Part shown: positions 1 to 8,829 of the stretch, piece after piece
How the letters are laid out: each line of letters starts with the position of its first letter
Numbering within the stretch: the first letter of the stretch is position 1
NCBI GenBank assembly: GCA_965650235.1
Contig: CBFGNY010000003.1
Location: 4,520 to 68,519, forward strand
From: an uncultured Flavobacterium sp.
GTDB lineage: Bacteria > Bacteroidota > Bacteroidia > Flavobacteriales > Flavobacteriaceae
DNA length: 64,000 bases
Reading direction: 5' to 3'
Position numbers and translations under genes: made by a program
Notes under the pieces: model-generated
Databases searched by the model: none
What the model saw: only the letters and a program-made list of their open reading frames with translations
What the model was told of the DNA's origin: nothing

Positions 1-924
1 GACGGAAAAATAATTGATAACAAGCTGGTGATTACAGAAATATTAGGAGACAGTCTGGCTCAGGCAGATGATATTAAAATAGGAGACGTAATTACAAAAA
101 TAAATGATAAAACAATTCCTGAACATATTGCTGACAACAAGGATTTAATTGCCGCTTCAAATAGAGCTCATTATAATAACAAATTAGTAGAGACAATTTT
201 GTCGTCCTATTCAGACACAGTAAATGTCGAGTTTCTAAAAGATGGTAAATACGTAACCAAAACAATGAAGTGGTTTGATTATCATGATTCTCATAGAAAT
301 GAATTTAAAAAAGGAGCTCAGAAAAAAAGAGAAAAATATAAAATTCTGGACAATAATATTGGATATGTTGATATGGGAATTTTAAGAGTTAGTAATGTTC
401 CCGCTATGATTGAAAAATTAAAATCTACCCAAGCTATTGTCTTTGATATGAGAAATTACCCAAATGTGACTTATTACGAAATAGCTAATTTTTTAAATGC
501 TCACGAACAAAATTTTGCGATTTACACTTATCCTGATTTTAATTATCCGGGAAGATTTTATTGGGAAAAAGGATCAACCTGTGGCTCAGAAAATAAAGAT
601 AGTTATAAAGGAAAAGTTGTTGTATTGCTAAACGAAGATTCTATTAGTCAGTCAGAATGGACCGCAATGTGTTTTCAGACGGCCGGAAATACTACAATTA
701 TTGGAAGCCAGACCGCCGGAGCAGATGGCAATGTAACAGAGCTTGATTTTAGAGTATTTCATACCAGATATACCGGTATTGGCGTTTATTATCCAGACAA
801 GCGTGAAACTCAGAGAATCGGAATTGTTCCCGATATTGAAGTAAAACCAACCATAAAAGGTATTCAGGAAGGTAAAGATGAGGTTTTAGATCGGGCTTTG
901 GTGTTTATTGAGACAGGAAAATAG
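1..924 (+). CDS. S41 family (tail-specific/CtpA-like) peptidase, 5' truncated by window edge
   Basis: Frame is open from base 1 (GAC GGA AAA...). PDZ-like GDVITKIN segment, then IGYVDM, VFDMRNYP, SISQSE and IIGSQTAGADG, with C-terminal GIVPDIEVKPT typical of Bacteroidota S41 proteases. Confidence 0.88.
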   Translation, partial: DGKIIDNKLVITEILGDSLAQADDIKIGDVITKINDKTIPEHIADNKDLIAASNRAHYNNKLVETILSSYSDTVNVEFLKDGKYVTKTMKWFDYHDSHRNEFKKGAQKKREKYKILDNNIGYVDMGILRVSNVPAMIEKLKSTQAIVFDMRNYPNVTYYEIANFLNAHEQNFAIYTYPDFNYPGRFYWEKGSTCGSENKDSYKGKVVVLLNEDSISQSEWTAMCFQTAGNTTIIGSQTAGADGNVTELDFRVFHTRYTGIGVYYPDKRETQRIGIVPDIEVKPTIKGIQEGKDEVLDRALVFIETGK

Positions 925-932
925 TTTTTTTT

Positions 933-1045
933 GTTCATTTCGACGAAAGGAGACCGAGCGATAGCGAACAGGTGAAGCAAATCACAATCGTAAACCGACA
1001 AAGATTGTCAAATTTCATTTGCGGAATTTCTTGTGTGATCCTTCC
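933..1045. repeat. Flavobacterium-type REP-like intergenic repeat (degenerate)
   Basis: gttcatttcgacgaaaggagaccgagcgatagcgaacaggtgaagcaaatcaca with a partial inverted partner tgtgtgatccttcc near 1032-1045. Resembles intergenic repeats recalled from Flavobacterium genomes; not verified by search. Confidence 0.5.
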
Positions 1046-1097
1046 ACGAGTATTAACAAGATTGCTTTATACTTTGACACAGATTTTATACGCATTC

Positions 1098-1129
1098 AAA
1101 CCCGACAGGTTTTAAAACCTGTCGGGTTT
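1098..1129. repeat. Perfect 32-bp palindrome, REP-like
   Basis: aaacccgacaggtttt|aaaacctgtcgggttt is its own reverse complement. Confidence 0.8.
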
Positions 1130-1151
1130 ATTTATTAAAAAACAGAGAAAA

Positions 1152-1204
1152 AATCCGCATTAATCCGCGTTTTCACGAAAGTGAATCCGTCACATCCGCG
1201 TCCC
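1152..1204. repeat. REP-like element with atccgc repeats around a GAAA-loop hairpin
   Basis: aatccgcattaatccgcgttttcacgaaagtgaatccgtcacatccgcgtcc: repeated atccg(c) units around ttcac-GAAA-gtgaa. Confidence 0.5.
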
Positions 1205-1244
1205 AATCACACACAATTGCTATTCTTTTAATATTGTCGTAATT

Positions 1245-2048
1245 TTGACAACTTTAAAAAACAAAGAATTGAATCCAACTACAATAATCACCGATACACA
1301 TACCCATTTATATTCTGAAGAGTTTGATCAGGATCGTGACGAAATGATACAAAGAGCCATAAATGCAGGGATAAAGCGATTTTTTATTCCCGCCATTGAT
1401 GCCGCTGCCACACAATCTATGTACGATTTAGAGCAAAATTATCCGGATCATGTATTTCTGATGATGGGACTTCATCCCACTTACGTGAAAGATAATTATC
1501 TGGACGAGCTGCAACATGTTGAAACAGAGCTTTCAAAACGAAAATTTTATGCCGTTGGTGAGATTGGAATTGATTTATATTGGGATAAAACCCATTTGAA
1601 GGAACAGCAAATTGCTTTTAGAAGACAAATTCAATTAGCAAAGCAATATAAATTACCGATCGTAATTCATTGCCGTGAAGCCTTTGATGAAATTTTTGAG
1701 ATTCTGGAAGAAGAAAAATCAGATGATTTGTTTGGGATTTTTCATTGTTTTACCGGAACGTATGAGCAGGCACTTCAGGCTATATCTTATAAAATGAAGT
1801 TGGGAATTGGCGGTGTAGTGACTTTTAAAAACGGAAAAATTGACCAGTTCCTAAACCAAATCGATTTGAAACATATCGTTCTGGAAACCGATTCGCCTTA
1901 TCTGGCGCCAATTCCTTACAGAGGTAAACGCAACGAAAGCAGTTATTTAAAAAATGTAATTGCAAAACTGGCTGAAATTTACGAACTTTCAGAAACTGAA
2001 ATTGCAGAAGTGACAACACAGAACTCCAAAGACGTTTTTGGGATTTAA
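1245..2048 (+). CDS. tatD: TatD family deoxyribonuclease/hydrolase
   Basis: DTHTHL, GLHP, AVGEIGID, IHCRE, GIFHCF and LETDSPYLAP motifs. The true start may be the TTG at 1269. Confidence 0.93.
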   Translation: MTTLKNKELNPTTIITDTHTHLYSEEFDQDRDEMIQRAINAGIKRFFIPAIDAAATQSMYDLEQNYPDHVFLMMGLHPTYVKDNYLDELQHVETELSKRKFYAVGEIGIDLYWDKTHLKEQQIAFRRQIQLAKQYKLPIVIHCREAFDEIFEILEEEKSDDLFGIFHCFTGTYEQALQAISYKMKLGIGGVVTFKNGKIDQFLNQIDLKHIVLETDSPYLAPIPYRGKRNESSYLKNVIAKLAEIYELSETEIAEVTTQNSKDVFGI

Positions 2049-2111
2049 CTCTCGAATAACGGTACTTTAATTTTTTTTTTGTTCTTTTGCCCACCTAAAT
2101 TGATATTTATA

Positions 2112-3248
2112 ATGCAGAAATTTGACGCTATTCGACCATTTTATGATTCTGAAGTAAATGAAGCACTTCATGGAGTTGCCAATCATCCAATGATGAAAAC
2201 CATGATGAATTTTACTTTCCCTGAATTAAGCGATGAAGTTTGGAAAGAGCAATTGAAGAAAACACACTCAATCCGTGATTTTCAATGCAATTTTATTTAT
2301 CAGACCATTCAAAAAGTACTCGAAAAAAGTTCGGAAGGACTTACGACTTCGGGTTTTGAAAAGTTAGAAAAAAACACATCCTATTTATTTATTTCCAATC
2401 ATAGGGATATTCTTCTGGATACGACTTTATTAAATGTATGTTTGTTCGAGCATGGTTTGGTCATGACGGCATCTGCAATTGGAGATAATCTGGTTAAAAA
2501 AGCATTTCTGAGTACACTGGCAAAACTAAACCGAAATTTCTTGGTTTTAAGAGGTTTAACGCCAAGAGAAATGCTGCAGAGTTCTAAATTACTGGCCGAA
2601 TATATGGGGCAATTATTGCTTCGCGAAAATCGTTCGGTTTGGATTGCGCAAAGAGAAGGCCGTACCAAAGATGGCAATGACGAAACCAATCCTGGTGTTT
2701 TAAAAATGATCGCCATGGGTTCTGATGAAGCCAATTTGATGGATTATTTCAAAAAAATTAAAGTTGTTCCGGTTTCTATTTCATACGAATACGATCCAAC
2801 AGATGTTTTGAAAATGCCTCAGCTAATGGCAGAAGCAAATAATGAAGTTTACGTTAAAGATAAAAATGAAGATTTCATGACCATTTTAAGTGGTATCATG
2901 GGAACTAAAAAAAGAATCCACATTTCTGTTGGAGATGTTCTGGATACCGAAATTGACCAGATTGTTGCTGAGAATGACAATTCTAACAAACAGATTCAGG
3001 CTTTGGCACAAACAATTGACGATTCTATTTTGCAGAATTACCAATTATGGCCAACCAACTTTATTGCTTACGACATCTTAAATAAAACAGATAAATACGC
3101 TCATTTATATAAGGAAAACGAAAAATTGCTTTTTGAGCGTCGTTTAGAAATGCGAATTGGAACTGACGATGGTATTGCAAGACAAGGATTTTTAGCCATG
3201 TATGCCAATCCTGTTGTGAGTAAATTAAAATACCAGGATGTCATCTAA
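2112..3248 (+). CDS. 1-acyl-sn-glycerol-3-phosphate/glycerol-phosphate acyltransferase (PlsC-like)
   Basis: NHRDILLD (HxxxxD) and AQREGRTKDG motifs. ATG at 2112 preferred over the upstream in-frame start. Confidence 0.88.
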   Translation: MQKFDAIRPFYDSEVNEALHGVANHPMMKTMMNFTFPELSDEVWKEQLKKTHSIRDFQCNFIYQTIQKVLEKSSEGLTTSGFEKLEKNTSYLFISNHRDILLDTTLLNVCLFEHGLVMTASAIGDNLVKKAFLSTLAKLNRNFLVLRGLTPREMLQSSKLLAEYMGQLLLRENRSVWIAQREGRTKDGNDETNPGVLKMIAMGSDEANLMDYFKKIKVVPVSISYEYDPTDVLKMPQLMAEANNEVYVKDKNEDFMTILSGIMGTKKRIHISVGDVLDTEIDQIVAENDNSNKQIQALAQTIDDSILQNYQLWPTNFIAYDILNKTDKYAHLYKENEKLLFERRLEMRIGTDDGIARQGFLAMYANPVVSKLKYQDVI

Positions 3249-4275
3249 AGCCAAAATACTCTTGATTTATACCGGTGGAACCATCGGAATGAGTAAAGAT
3301 TTTGAAACAGGAGCACTCAAAGCTTTTGATTTTGGCAAATTGCTGAAAAACATTCCCGAAATCAAACAATTAGACTGCGAAATCGAAACGGTTTCTTTTG
3401 AAAATCCAATCGATTCCTCTAATATGAATCCTGAAATGTGGGCTAAAATTGCCACCATTATCGAGGAAAATTATATTTCTTTTGATGGATTTGTCGTTTT
3501 GCACGGCTCCGATACCATGTCCTATTCGGCATCTGCATTGAGTTTTATGCTCGAAAACTTAGCTAAACCTGTAATATTCACTGGTTCACAGCTTCCAATT
3601 GGAGATTTGCGTACCGATGCCAAAGAAAACCTGATTACAGCGATTCAGATTGCTTCACTTAGGGAAAACGGAAAGCCTGTAATTACTGAAGTCTGTCTGT
3701 ATTTTGAATATAAATTATACAGAGGAAACAGAACTTCAAAAGTAAATGCAGAACATTTCAGGGCGTTTACAGCACCTAATTACCCTGAATTGGTAGAATC
3801 AGGAGTTCATCTTAAATTAAACCGACATTTATTTCTTCCCGTAAAAACAGATGCAAAATTGATAGTTCATAAAAACCTGAACAATCATGTAGTCATCATC
3901 AAAATGTTTCCGGGAATGAGCGAAGTGGTTTTGGCTTCGATTCTTGCCATTAAAGATTTAAAAGGAATCGTTTTGGAAACCTACGGAGCCGGAAATGCAC
4001 CAACAGAAGACTGGTTTTTAAACCTCATAAAAAAAGCGATTCAGGATGGTTTGCATATTGTAAACGTTACACAATGTTCCGGAGGAAGCGTCAATATGGG
4101 ACAATACGAAACGAGCACTGTTTTGAAATCCTTAGGTGTTATTTCAGGAAAAGACATTACAACAGAAGCGGCCATCACGAAATTAATGTATCTGTTGGGA
4201 CATACAGTTACGATTCCACAAGAAGAGTTTAAAACGATTTTTGAGACGGCTTTGCGTGGCGAAATTTCGCTTTAG
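3238..4275 (+). CDS. ansA: L-asparaginase type I
   Basis: IYTGGTIGM, HGSDTM, TGSQLP and GAGN motifs. Overlaps the upstream stop by 11 nt. Confidence 0.93.
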   Translation: MSSKAKILLIYTGGTIGMSKDFETGALKAFDFGKLLKNIPEIKQLDCEIETVSFENPIDSSNMNPEMWAKIATIIEENYISFDGFVVLHGSDTMSYSASALSFMLENLAKPVIFTGSQLPIGDLRTDAKENLITAIQIASLRENGKPVITEVCLYFEYKLYRGNRTSKVNAEHFRAFTAPNYPELVESGVHLKLNRHLFLPVKTDAKLIVHKNLNNHVVIIKMFPGMSEVVLASILAIKDLKGIVLETYGAGNAPTEDWFLNLIKKAIQDGLHIVNVTQCSGGSVNMGQYETSTVLKSLGVISGKDITTEAAITKLMYLLGHTVTIPQEEFKTIFETALRGEISL

Positions 4276-4359
4276 CAATAAATAATAGCGAGTATTGAAA
4301 GGATTTTTGAAAATTACTTTTCTAACTCGTTTTTTTTCATGTTATTTGCAAACCAAAAT

Positions 4360-4446
4360 AGAGAGGTGTCCGAGTGGTTGAAGGAGCTAGCCTGGAAAGC
4401 TAGTATATGGGTAACTGTATCGAGGGTTCGAATCCCTTCCTCTCTG
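4360..4446 (+). tRNA. tRNA-Ser (GGA)
   Basis: Acceptor stem agagagg/cctctct, D-arm ccgagtggttgaagg, anticodon arm ctagc-ctGGAaa-gctag, long variable arm, T-arm gagggTTCGAAtccctt. CCA is not encoded. Confidence 0.96.
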
Positions 4447-4453
4447 CGAAATG

Positions 4454-4490
4454 ATCCCGCAATTTCATAAAATGAGATTGCGGGATTTTT
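4454..4490 (+). terminator. Intrinsic terminator after tRNA-Ser
   Basis: atcccgcaatttcat / atgagattgcgggat stem followed by a T tract. Confidence 0.8.
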
Positions 4491-4800
4491 GTTTTATGAT
4501 ATGTACTATTCTGTATTGCTGGTTGAAGTTTATTTAATATATAATATTAAAAAGATTTTTGTAAAAAGTCATATTTTACCATTAACAGGAATAGTCAATT
4601 TACAGTAATGCTATAATTTGTATTAGTTGTAAGTCCTGTAGATGTATTTTGAGCTAATTTGGGAAATGGTATATTCTTAAAGGTCAAATATCCATTCTGT
4701 TTGCCTATCGAATCAGGTAACTTTTATCTAAATTATCACTTAAGCAATAGCTTGCAGTTAATGCAATTATTGCAACTAAAAATAGTCTAATTGTTCATTA

Positions 4801-5218
4801 TTATTGATTGAAACATTTCTGATTTGAAAAAGAATTTTCTTCTTTGTAACTATTTTTCATAACGTCCCGAAAAGAGGTATTGCTCATTTCCGTTTTAAGG
4901 TCAATTTCGTTCTCATCCTCCAAATGTTCGAATCTAGGTGATAAATTAATTACTTCGCCAGTATCTCTTATTGTGTATTCGTAATGCAAGCTAGCAACTT
5001 TTTCAATTCTACCTGCCAGTTCTGTTCAATAAGTCTTGACATGTTTGTTCATTAAATGTGGAAGAGATGAAATGTGGAAGAGATGTTAGTTTTATTAGCG
5101 GTAAGATAAAACTTTCCTGTTTATTGCTCTTTACCATTGTTGTTCCGCCTTCAATTTCTAAAACAAAGAATTCTTTTCCTTCTTCTGTTTCTTTTTTTTA
5201 ACCAATAATTCTTACCAT
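4801..5218 (-). pseudogene. Decayed conserved Bacteroidota hypothetical gene (MVRII...FFVLEIEGG...YEYTIRDTGEVI type)
   Basis: Minus strand from ATG at 5218 reads MVRIIG*KKETEEGKEFFVLEIEGGTTMVKSN. After frameshifts it continues GKFYLTANKTNISSTF, NEQTCQDL and ELAGRIEKVASLHYEYTIRDTGEVINLSPRF. Lesions: in-frame TAA, short indels and a 16-bp tandem duplication. Confidence 0.7.
5054..5085. repeat. 16-bp perfect tandem duplication inside the pseudogene
   Basis: aaatgtggaagagatg twice (5054-5069, 5070-5085). Confidence 0.95.
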
Positions 5219-5458
5219 TTTTTCTTATTTTTTTGAGTTAAACATTTTTTTTGACAAAGACTTTTACTGCTTTTAGACACACAGCTATCAACTTGTGTTA
5301 TCTTATTTTGCTGGTAAAATTTGTTCTTTGTCTCTTATGTGTGGGGGGGTTGGAATTGTATCATTAATGGGGCATGGTTTACTGGGAAGTTTGAACTCTC
5401 GTTTTTTTTATTTTTATTTTCAGTTTTTTATTTTTAGTTAGTTATGTCAAAAAAAAAT

Positions 5459-5466
5459 TATCTTTG
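5459..5466 (+). promoter_or_regulatory. Bacteroidota sigma-70 -7 box for the methyltransferase operon
   Basis: TATCTTTG matches TAnnTTTG, 24 nt upstream of ATG 5491. No clean -33 TTG at the canonical spacing. Confidence 0.55.
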
Positions 5467-5490
5467 GTAAGATATTTTCCCAAATTTTTT

Positions 5491-6726
5491 ATGTCATCAT
5501 TAAACTATATAGATTTATTTGCTGGTGCTGGAGGACTCTCAGAGGGATTTGTACGAGAAGGATTTTCGCCCATTGCCCACGTTGAATATGATAAAGCAGC
5601 ATGTTTCACCTTGAAAACTCGTGTTGCCTATCACTATCTTAAGGAATCCAAAAAGGAAGAGATTTACTATTCCTATCTTAAAGGTGAAATAAACAGGTCT
5701 AAATTATATTCTTATATACCAGAGAATATTATCAATAGTGTTATTAATGCTGAAATAGGTAAAGACAATTCTGCTATTTTTAATTCAATAGATAATTCAT
5801 TACAAGGCAAAGAAGTTGATTTGATAATTGGGGGGCCTCCATGTCAAGCCTATTCTCTCGTAGGTAGGGCACCTCTTAAACATAAAAAAGATGATGAGAG
5901 GACAAAGTTATATATACAATATGGACGTTTCTTAAAAAAGTATCAGCCTAAAGTATTTGTATTTGAAAATGTACCGGGCTTGTTATCTGCTGCTGATGGC
6001 TTATATTTTAAAAATCTTAAAAAGTACTACAAAAGCCTTGGTTATAAAGTTGATGCAAAGTTGCTTAATTCTTTTAATTTTGGAGTTGTTCAGCATCGTG
6101 TCCGTGTGATAATAATTGGATGGAAGAAAGAATTGAATTTTTCATATCCTGAATTTGAGTCAACGAAAGAAAAATTTTTCCGTGATGACATATTCCTTGA
6201 TTTACCGGTAATTAAAACTGGAGAAAAAAGAATGGTTCAGAAATATGCAAAAGAGACTAATACATATCTACAGAATACAGCTATCAGAAATGGAATAGAT
6301 TTTATAACTCATCACATTACAAGACCACATAATAAAAAAGATTTAAAAATATATAGACTGGCAATTAAACAGCTTGAAAAAGGGATTCGCCTTAAAAATG
6401 ACCAAATACCTGAGGCTAACCGAACCCAAAAAAATGTAACTGATTTTCTTGATCGTTTTAAAGTTGTTGATGTGGAACCACATACTATGATTGCTCATAT
6501 TGCCAAGGACGGGCATCATTTTATACATCCAGACCTTAAGCAATTAAGATCAATTTCTGTTAGAGAAGCTGCCAGAATACAGTCCTTCCCAGATAATTTT
6601 TATTTTGAAGGAATTAAAGAAAATCAACCCCGAACAGCTGCTTTCAAACAGATTGGAAATGCAGTACCTCCATTAGTGTCTGAAAGTATTGCAAAACATA
6701 TTAAAGCAAAAATGCTAAATGAGTAG
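5491..6726 (+). CDS. dcm: DNA (cytosine-5)-methyltransferase
   Basis: All main C5-MTase motifs in order: IDLFAGAGG (I), GGPPCQAYS (IV, catalytic Cys), FENVPG (VI), QHRVRV (VIII), SVREAARIQSFP (IX), QIGNAVPP (X). ATG 5491 preferred over TTG 5464. Confidence 0.96.
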   Translation: MSSLNYIDLFAGAGGLSEGFVREGFSPIAHVEYDKAACFTLKTRVAYHYLKESKKEEIYYSYLKGEINRSKLYSYIPENIINSVINAEIGKDNSAIFNSIDNSLQGKEVDLIIGGPPCQAYSLVGRAPLKHKKDDERTKLYIQYGRFLKKYQPKVFVFENVPGLLSAADGLYFKNLKKYYKSLGYKVDAKLLNSFNFGVVQHRVRVIIIGWKKELNFSYPEFESTKEKFFRDDIFLDLPVIKTGEKRMVQKYAKETNTYLQNTAIRNGIDFITHHITRPHNKKDLKIYRLAIKQLEKGIRLKNDQIPEANRTQKNVTDFLDRFKVVDVEPHTMIAHIAKDGHHFIHPDLKQLRSISVREAARIQSFPDNFYFEGIKENQPRTAAFKQIGNAVPPLVSESIAKHIKAKMLNE

Positions 6727-8824
6727 TAAAAAAATAACCTTTGAACCGCGTGCCAGATTGCTTCTCCAATTAGGAGATCAGTTAATCCGAAATGAGAGTA
6801 TTGCATTTATGGAACTTATTAAAAACTCCTATGATGCCAATGCTTCTTTTGTTAAAGTTTACATGCGAAAAGTAAACAATAAAAAACTTGGAGAAATTGT
6901 TATTGAGGATGATGGGATAGGAATGAATATCGATATTATAACAAATATATGGATGCAACCTGGTAGTGACCATAAGTTAAAAATATTGGACTCTATTAAA
7001 AACAAATTGGATGAAAGAATGCCGATTGGAGAAAAAGGTATTGGAAGGTTTGGCGTACATAAATTAGGTTATGTAATTGAACTAACAAGTAAAATGCAAA
7101 ACGGCAAAGAAGTTTATTTTAAAATTAACTGGCGGGATTTCGAAAAGGATGATTTGCTTAAAAATATAAAGGTAAATATTGTTGAAAGAGATGAACCAGA
7201 ATACTTTGTTGATGGTATAACTGGAACACATATTGTTATAAGGGATTTAAAAGCAGAATGGAACAGAGGAACAGTTAGAGAATTATACAGGTCTGTGAAC
7301 TCCTTAGGCTCTCCTTTTGATAGCCTTAATTCTTTTAAAGTTTACTTTTCTATAGATAATCAAGAGTGGTTAACAGGATTAATGTCTTTTAAACAAATTA
7401 GAGATAATGCTCTTTATTATGCTGAGGCGACAATTGAAAATAATAAAGTTTTAAAACTAGATTATGAATTTAAGCCATGGGATACAATGTCCAAAATTGA
7501 AAGTAGGAAAGTTACGCTTGAAAATATATTAATGGTTAAAGATGTTAAAGATGAGATTACAAAAAAAACAGTTCAGGAAGAAATAAACCTTTCAACAAAT
7601 GATACTGCTATTGGAAAAATTAATTTTAAACTTTTAATTTTTGACCGTGAAAATAAAATTTTATCACTCGGAGTCTCGGATAAAAAAGGTTTTACAGGCT
7701 ATCTTGATACTAATGGAGGAATTCGCGTTTTCAGAAGTGGAATTCGGGTATATGACTATGGTGAGCAGAGCAATGATTGGTTAGGACTGGATATGATGCG
7801 TATTAATCAGCCGGGGAAAACTATTAGTAATAATATAATCATTGGAGCAATTAATTTAGACAGAAGGACTAGTAAAAGTCTTGAAGAAAAGACAAATAGG
7901 GAAGGATTCGTTGAAGATGAAGCGTATTTCAAATTTAGGGATGCCATACGTTTTACTTTAGATAAAATTTTGACTCAACGAAATATTGATAAAGAAAAGA
8001 TCCGAAAATTTTACAGCACATCCTCAGTTAGCCAGCCAGTAATTGGAAGTCTGGCAATTTTGCAGGATAAAATCATTGAAAAAGTACCAAAAAAAGACCA
8101 GGATGAACTTTTAACTTCTATCCGTACAATTGAAAATGATTACAAAATGATAAGTGATATATACATGCGAAGTTCAAGTGCTGGTTTAAGCTTGGGAATC
8201 ATTATTCACGAAGTTATACATATGATAGCAGAGCTTGTTGCAGCAGTGAAGAAGAAGCCTGTCGACAACTACATTAATGAACTAATTAAATCATTGCAAA
8301 AAACTGTCAGTGATTATGCAGGAGTTATAAAACAAAGTCCAAAAAGTAAAGAGGATTTAATAGAAGTTATAGACCAGGCACTATCCAATATACAATATAG
8401 GATTAAAGCACACGAACTTGAAATTGTAAAACAGTATAAGAAAAGAGTTAATATCAATACTTCAGTAAGATGTTCTCGTAGTTTAATAATTAGTACAATT
8501 ATAAATCTGACAGATAATTCAATATGGTGGCAAAATTATGCAAATGTTAAAACCAAAAAATTATTTGTTGATATTTTAGAAGAACCCGAAGGCTATACTT
8601 CTATTCTTATAGCTGACAATGGTCCTGGATTTACTATATCTCCCGAGGATGCAGTAAAACCATTTATTTCAGATAAACCAGGCGGAATGGGATTAGGACT
8701 TCATTTAGCTGATGAAGTTATGAGTAGTCAAAAAGGTCTTCTAATTTTCCCAGAGCCTGATGACTTTGAAATCCCTGAAGATTTTAAAAAGGGTGCTAAA
8801 ATTTTACTTTCAATAAAAAAATAA
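6719..8824 (+). CDS. MORC/HSP90-like GHKL ATPase fused to a C-terminal histidine kinase module
   Basis: N-terminal ELIKNSYDA, EDDGIGM and GEKGIGRFG. C-terminal H-box GIIIHEV (His497), N-box NLTDNS, G1 ADNGPGF, and F/G2 PFISDKPGGMGLGL. No transmembrane segment. Overlaps the dcm stop by 8 nt. Confidence 0.9.
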   Translation: MSSKKITFEPRARLLLQLGDQLIRNESIAFMELIKNSYDANASFVKVYMRKVNNKKLGEIVIEDDGIGMNIDIITNIWMQPGSDHKLKILDSIKNKLDERMPIGEKGIGRFGVHKLGYVIELTSKMQNGKEVYFKINWRDFEKDDLLKNIKVNIVERDEPEYFVDGITGTHIVIRDLKAEWNRGTVRELYRSVNSLGSPFDSLNSFKVYFSIDNQEWLTGLMSFKQIRDNALYYAEATIENNKVLKLDYEFKPWDTMSKIESRKVTLENILMVKDVKDEITKKTVQEEINLSTNDTAIGKINFKLLIFDRENKILSLGVSDKKGFTGYLDTNGGIRVFRSGIRVYDYGEQSNDWLGLDMMRINQPGKTISNNIIIGAINLDRRTSKSLEEKTNREGFVEDEAYFKFRDAIRFTLDKILTQRNIDKEKIRKFYSTSSVSQPVIGSLAILQDKIIEKVPKKDQDELLTSIRTIENDYKMISDIYMRSSSAGLSLGIIIHEVIHMIAELVAAVKKKPVDNYINELIKSLQKTVSDYAGVIKQSPKSKEDLIEVIDQALSNIQYRIKAHELEIVKQYKKRVNINTSVRCSRSLIISTIINLTDNSIWWQNYANVKTKKLFVDILEEPEGYTSILIADNGPGFTISPEDAVKPFISDKPGGMGLGLHLADEVMSSQKGLLIFPEPDDFEIPEDFKKGAKILLSIKK

Positions 8825-8829
8825 TTGAT

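Noticed and set aside
4420-4447. attL/attR duplication of the tRNA-Ser 3' end and an integrase gene
   Set aside because: No second copy of the tRNA 3' end was seen at either candidate island boundary (about 11230-11310 or 22290-22356), and no ORF has tyrosine or serine recombinase motifs, so an intact integrative element is not claimed.
5343-5349. G7 run upstream of dcm as a phase-variation switch or oriT
   Set aside because: It lies over 100 nt upstream of the -7 box and outside any ORF; a single short run gives no support.
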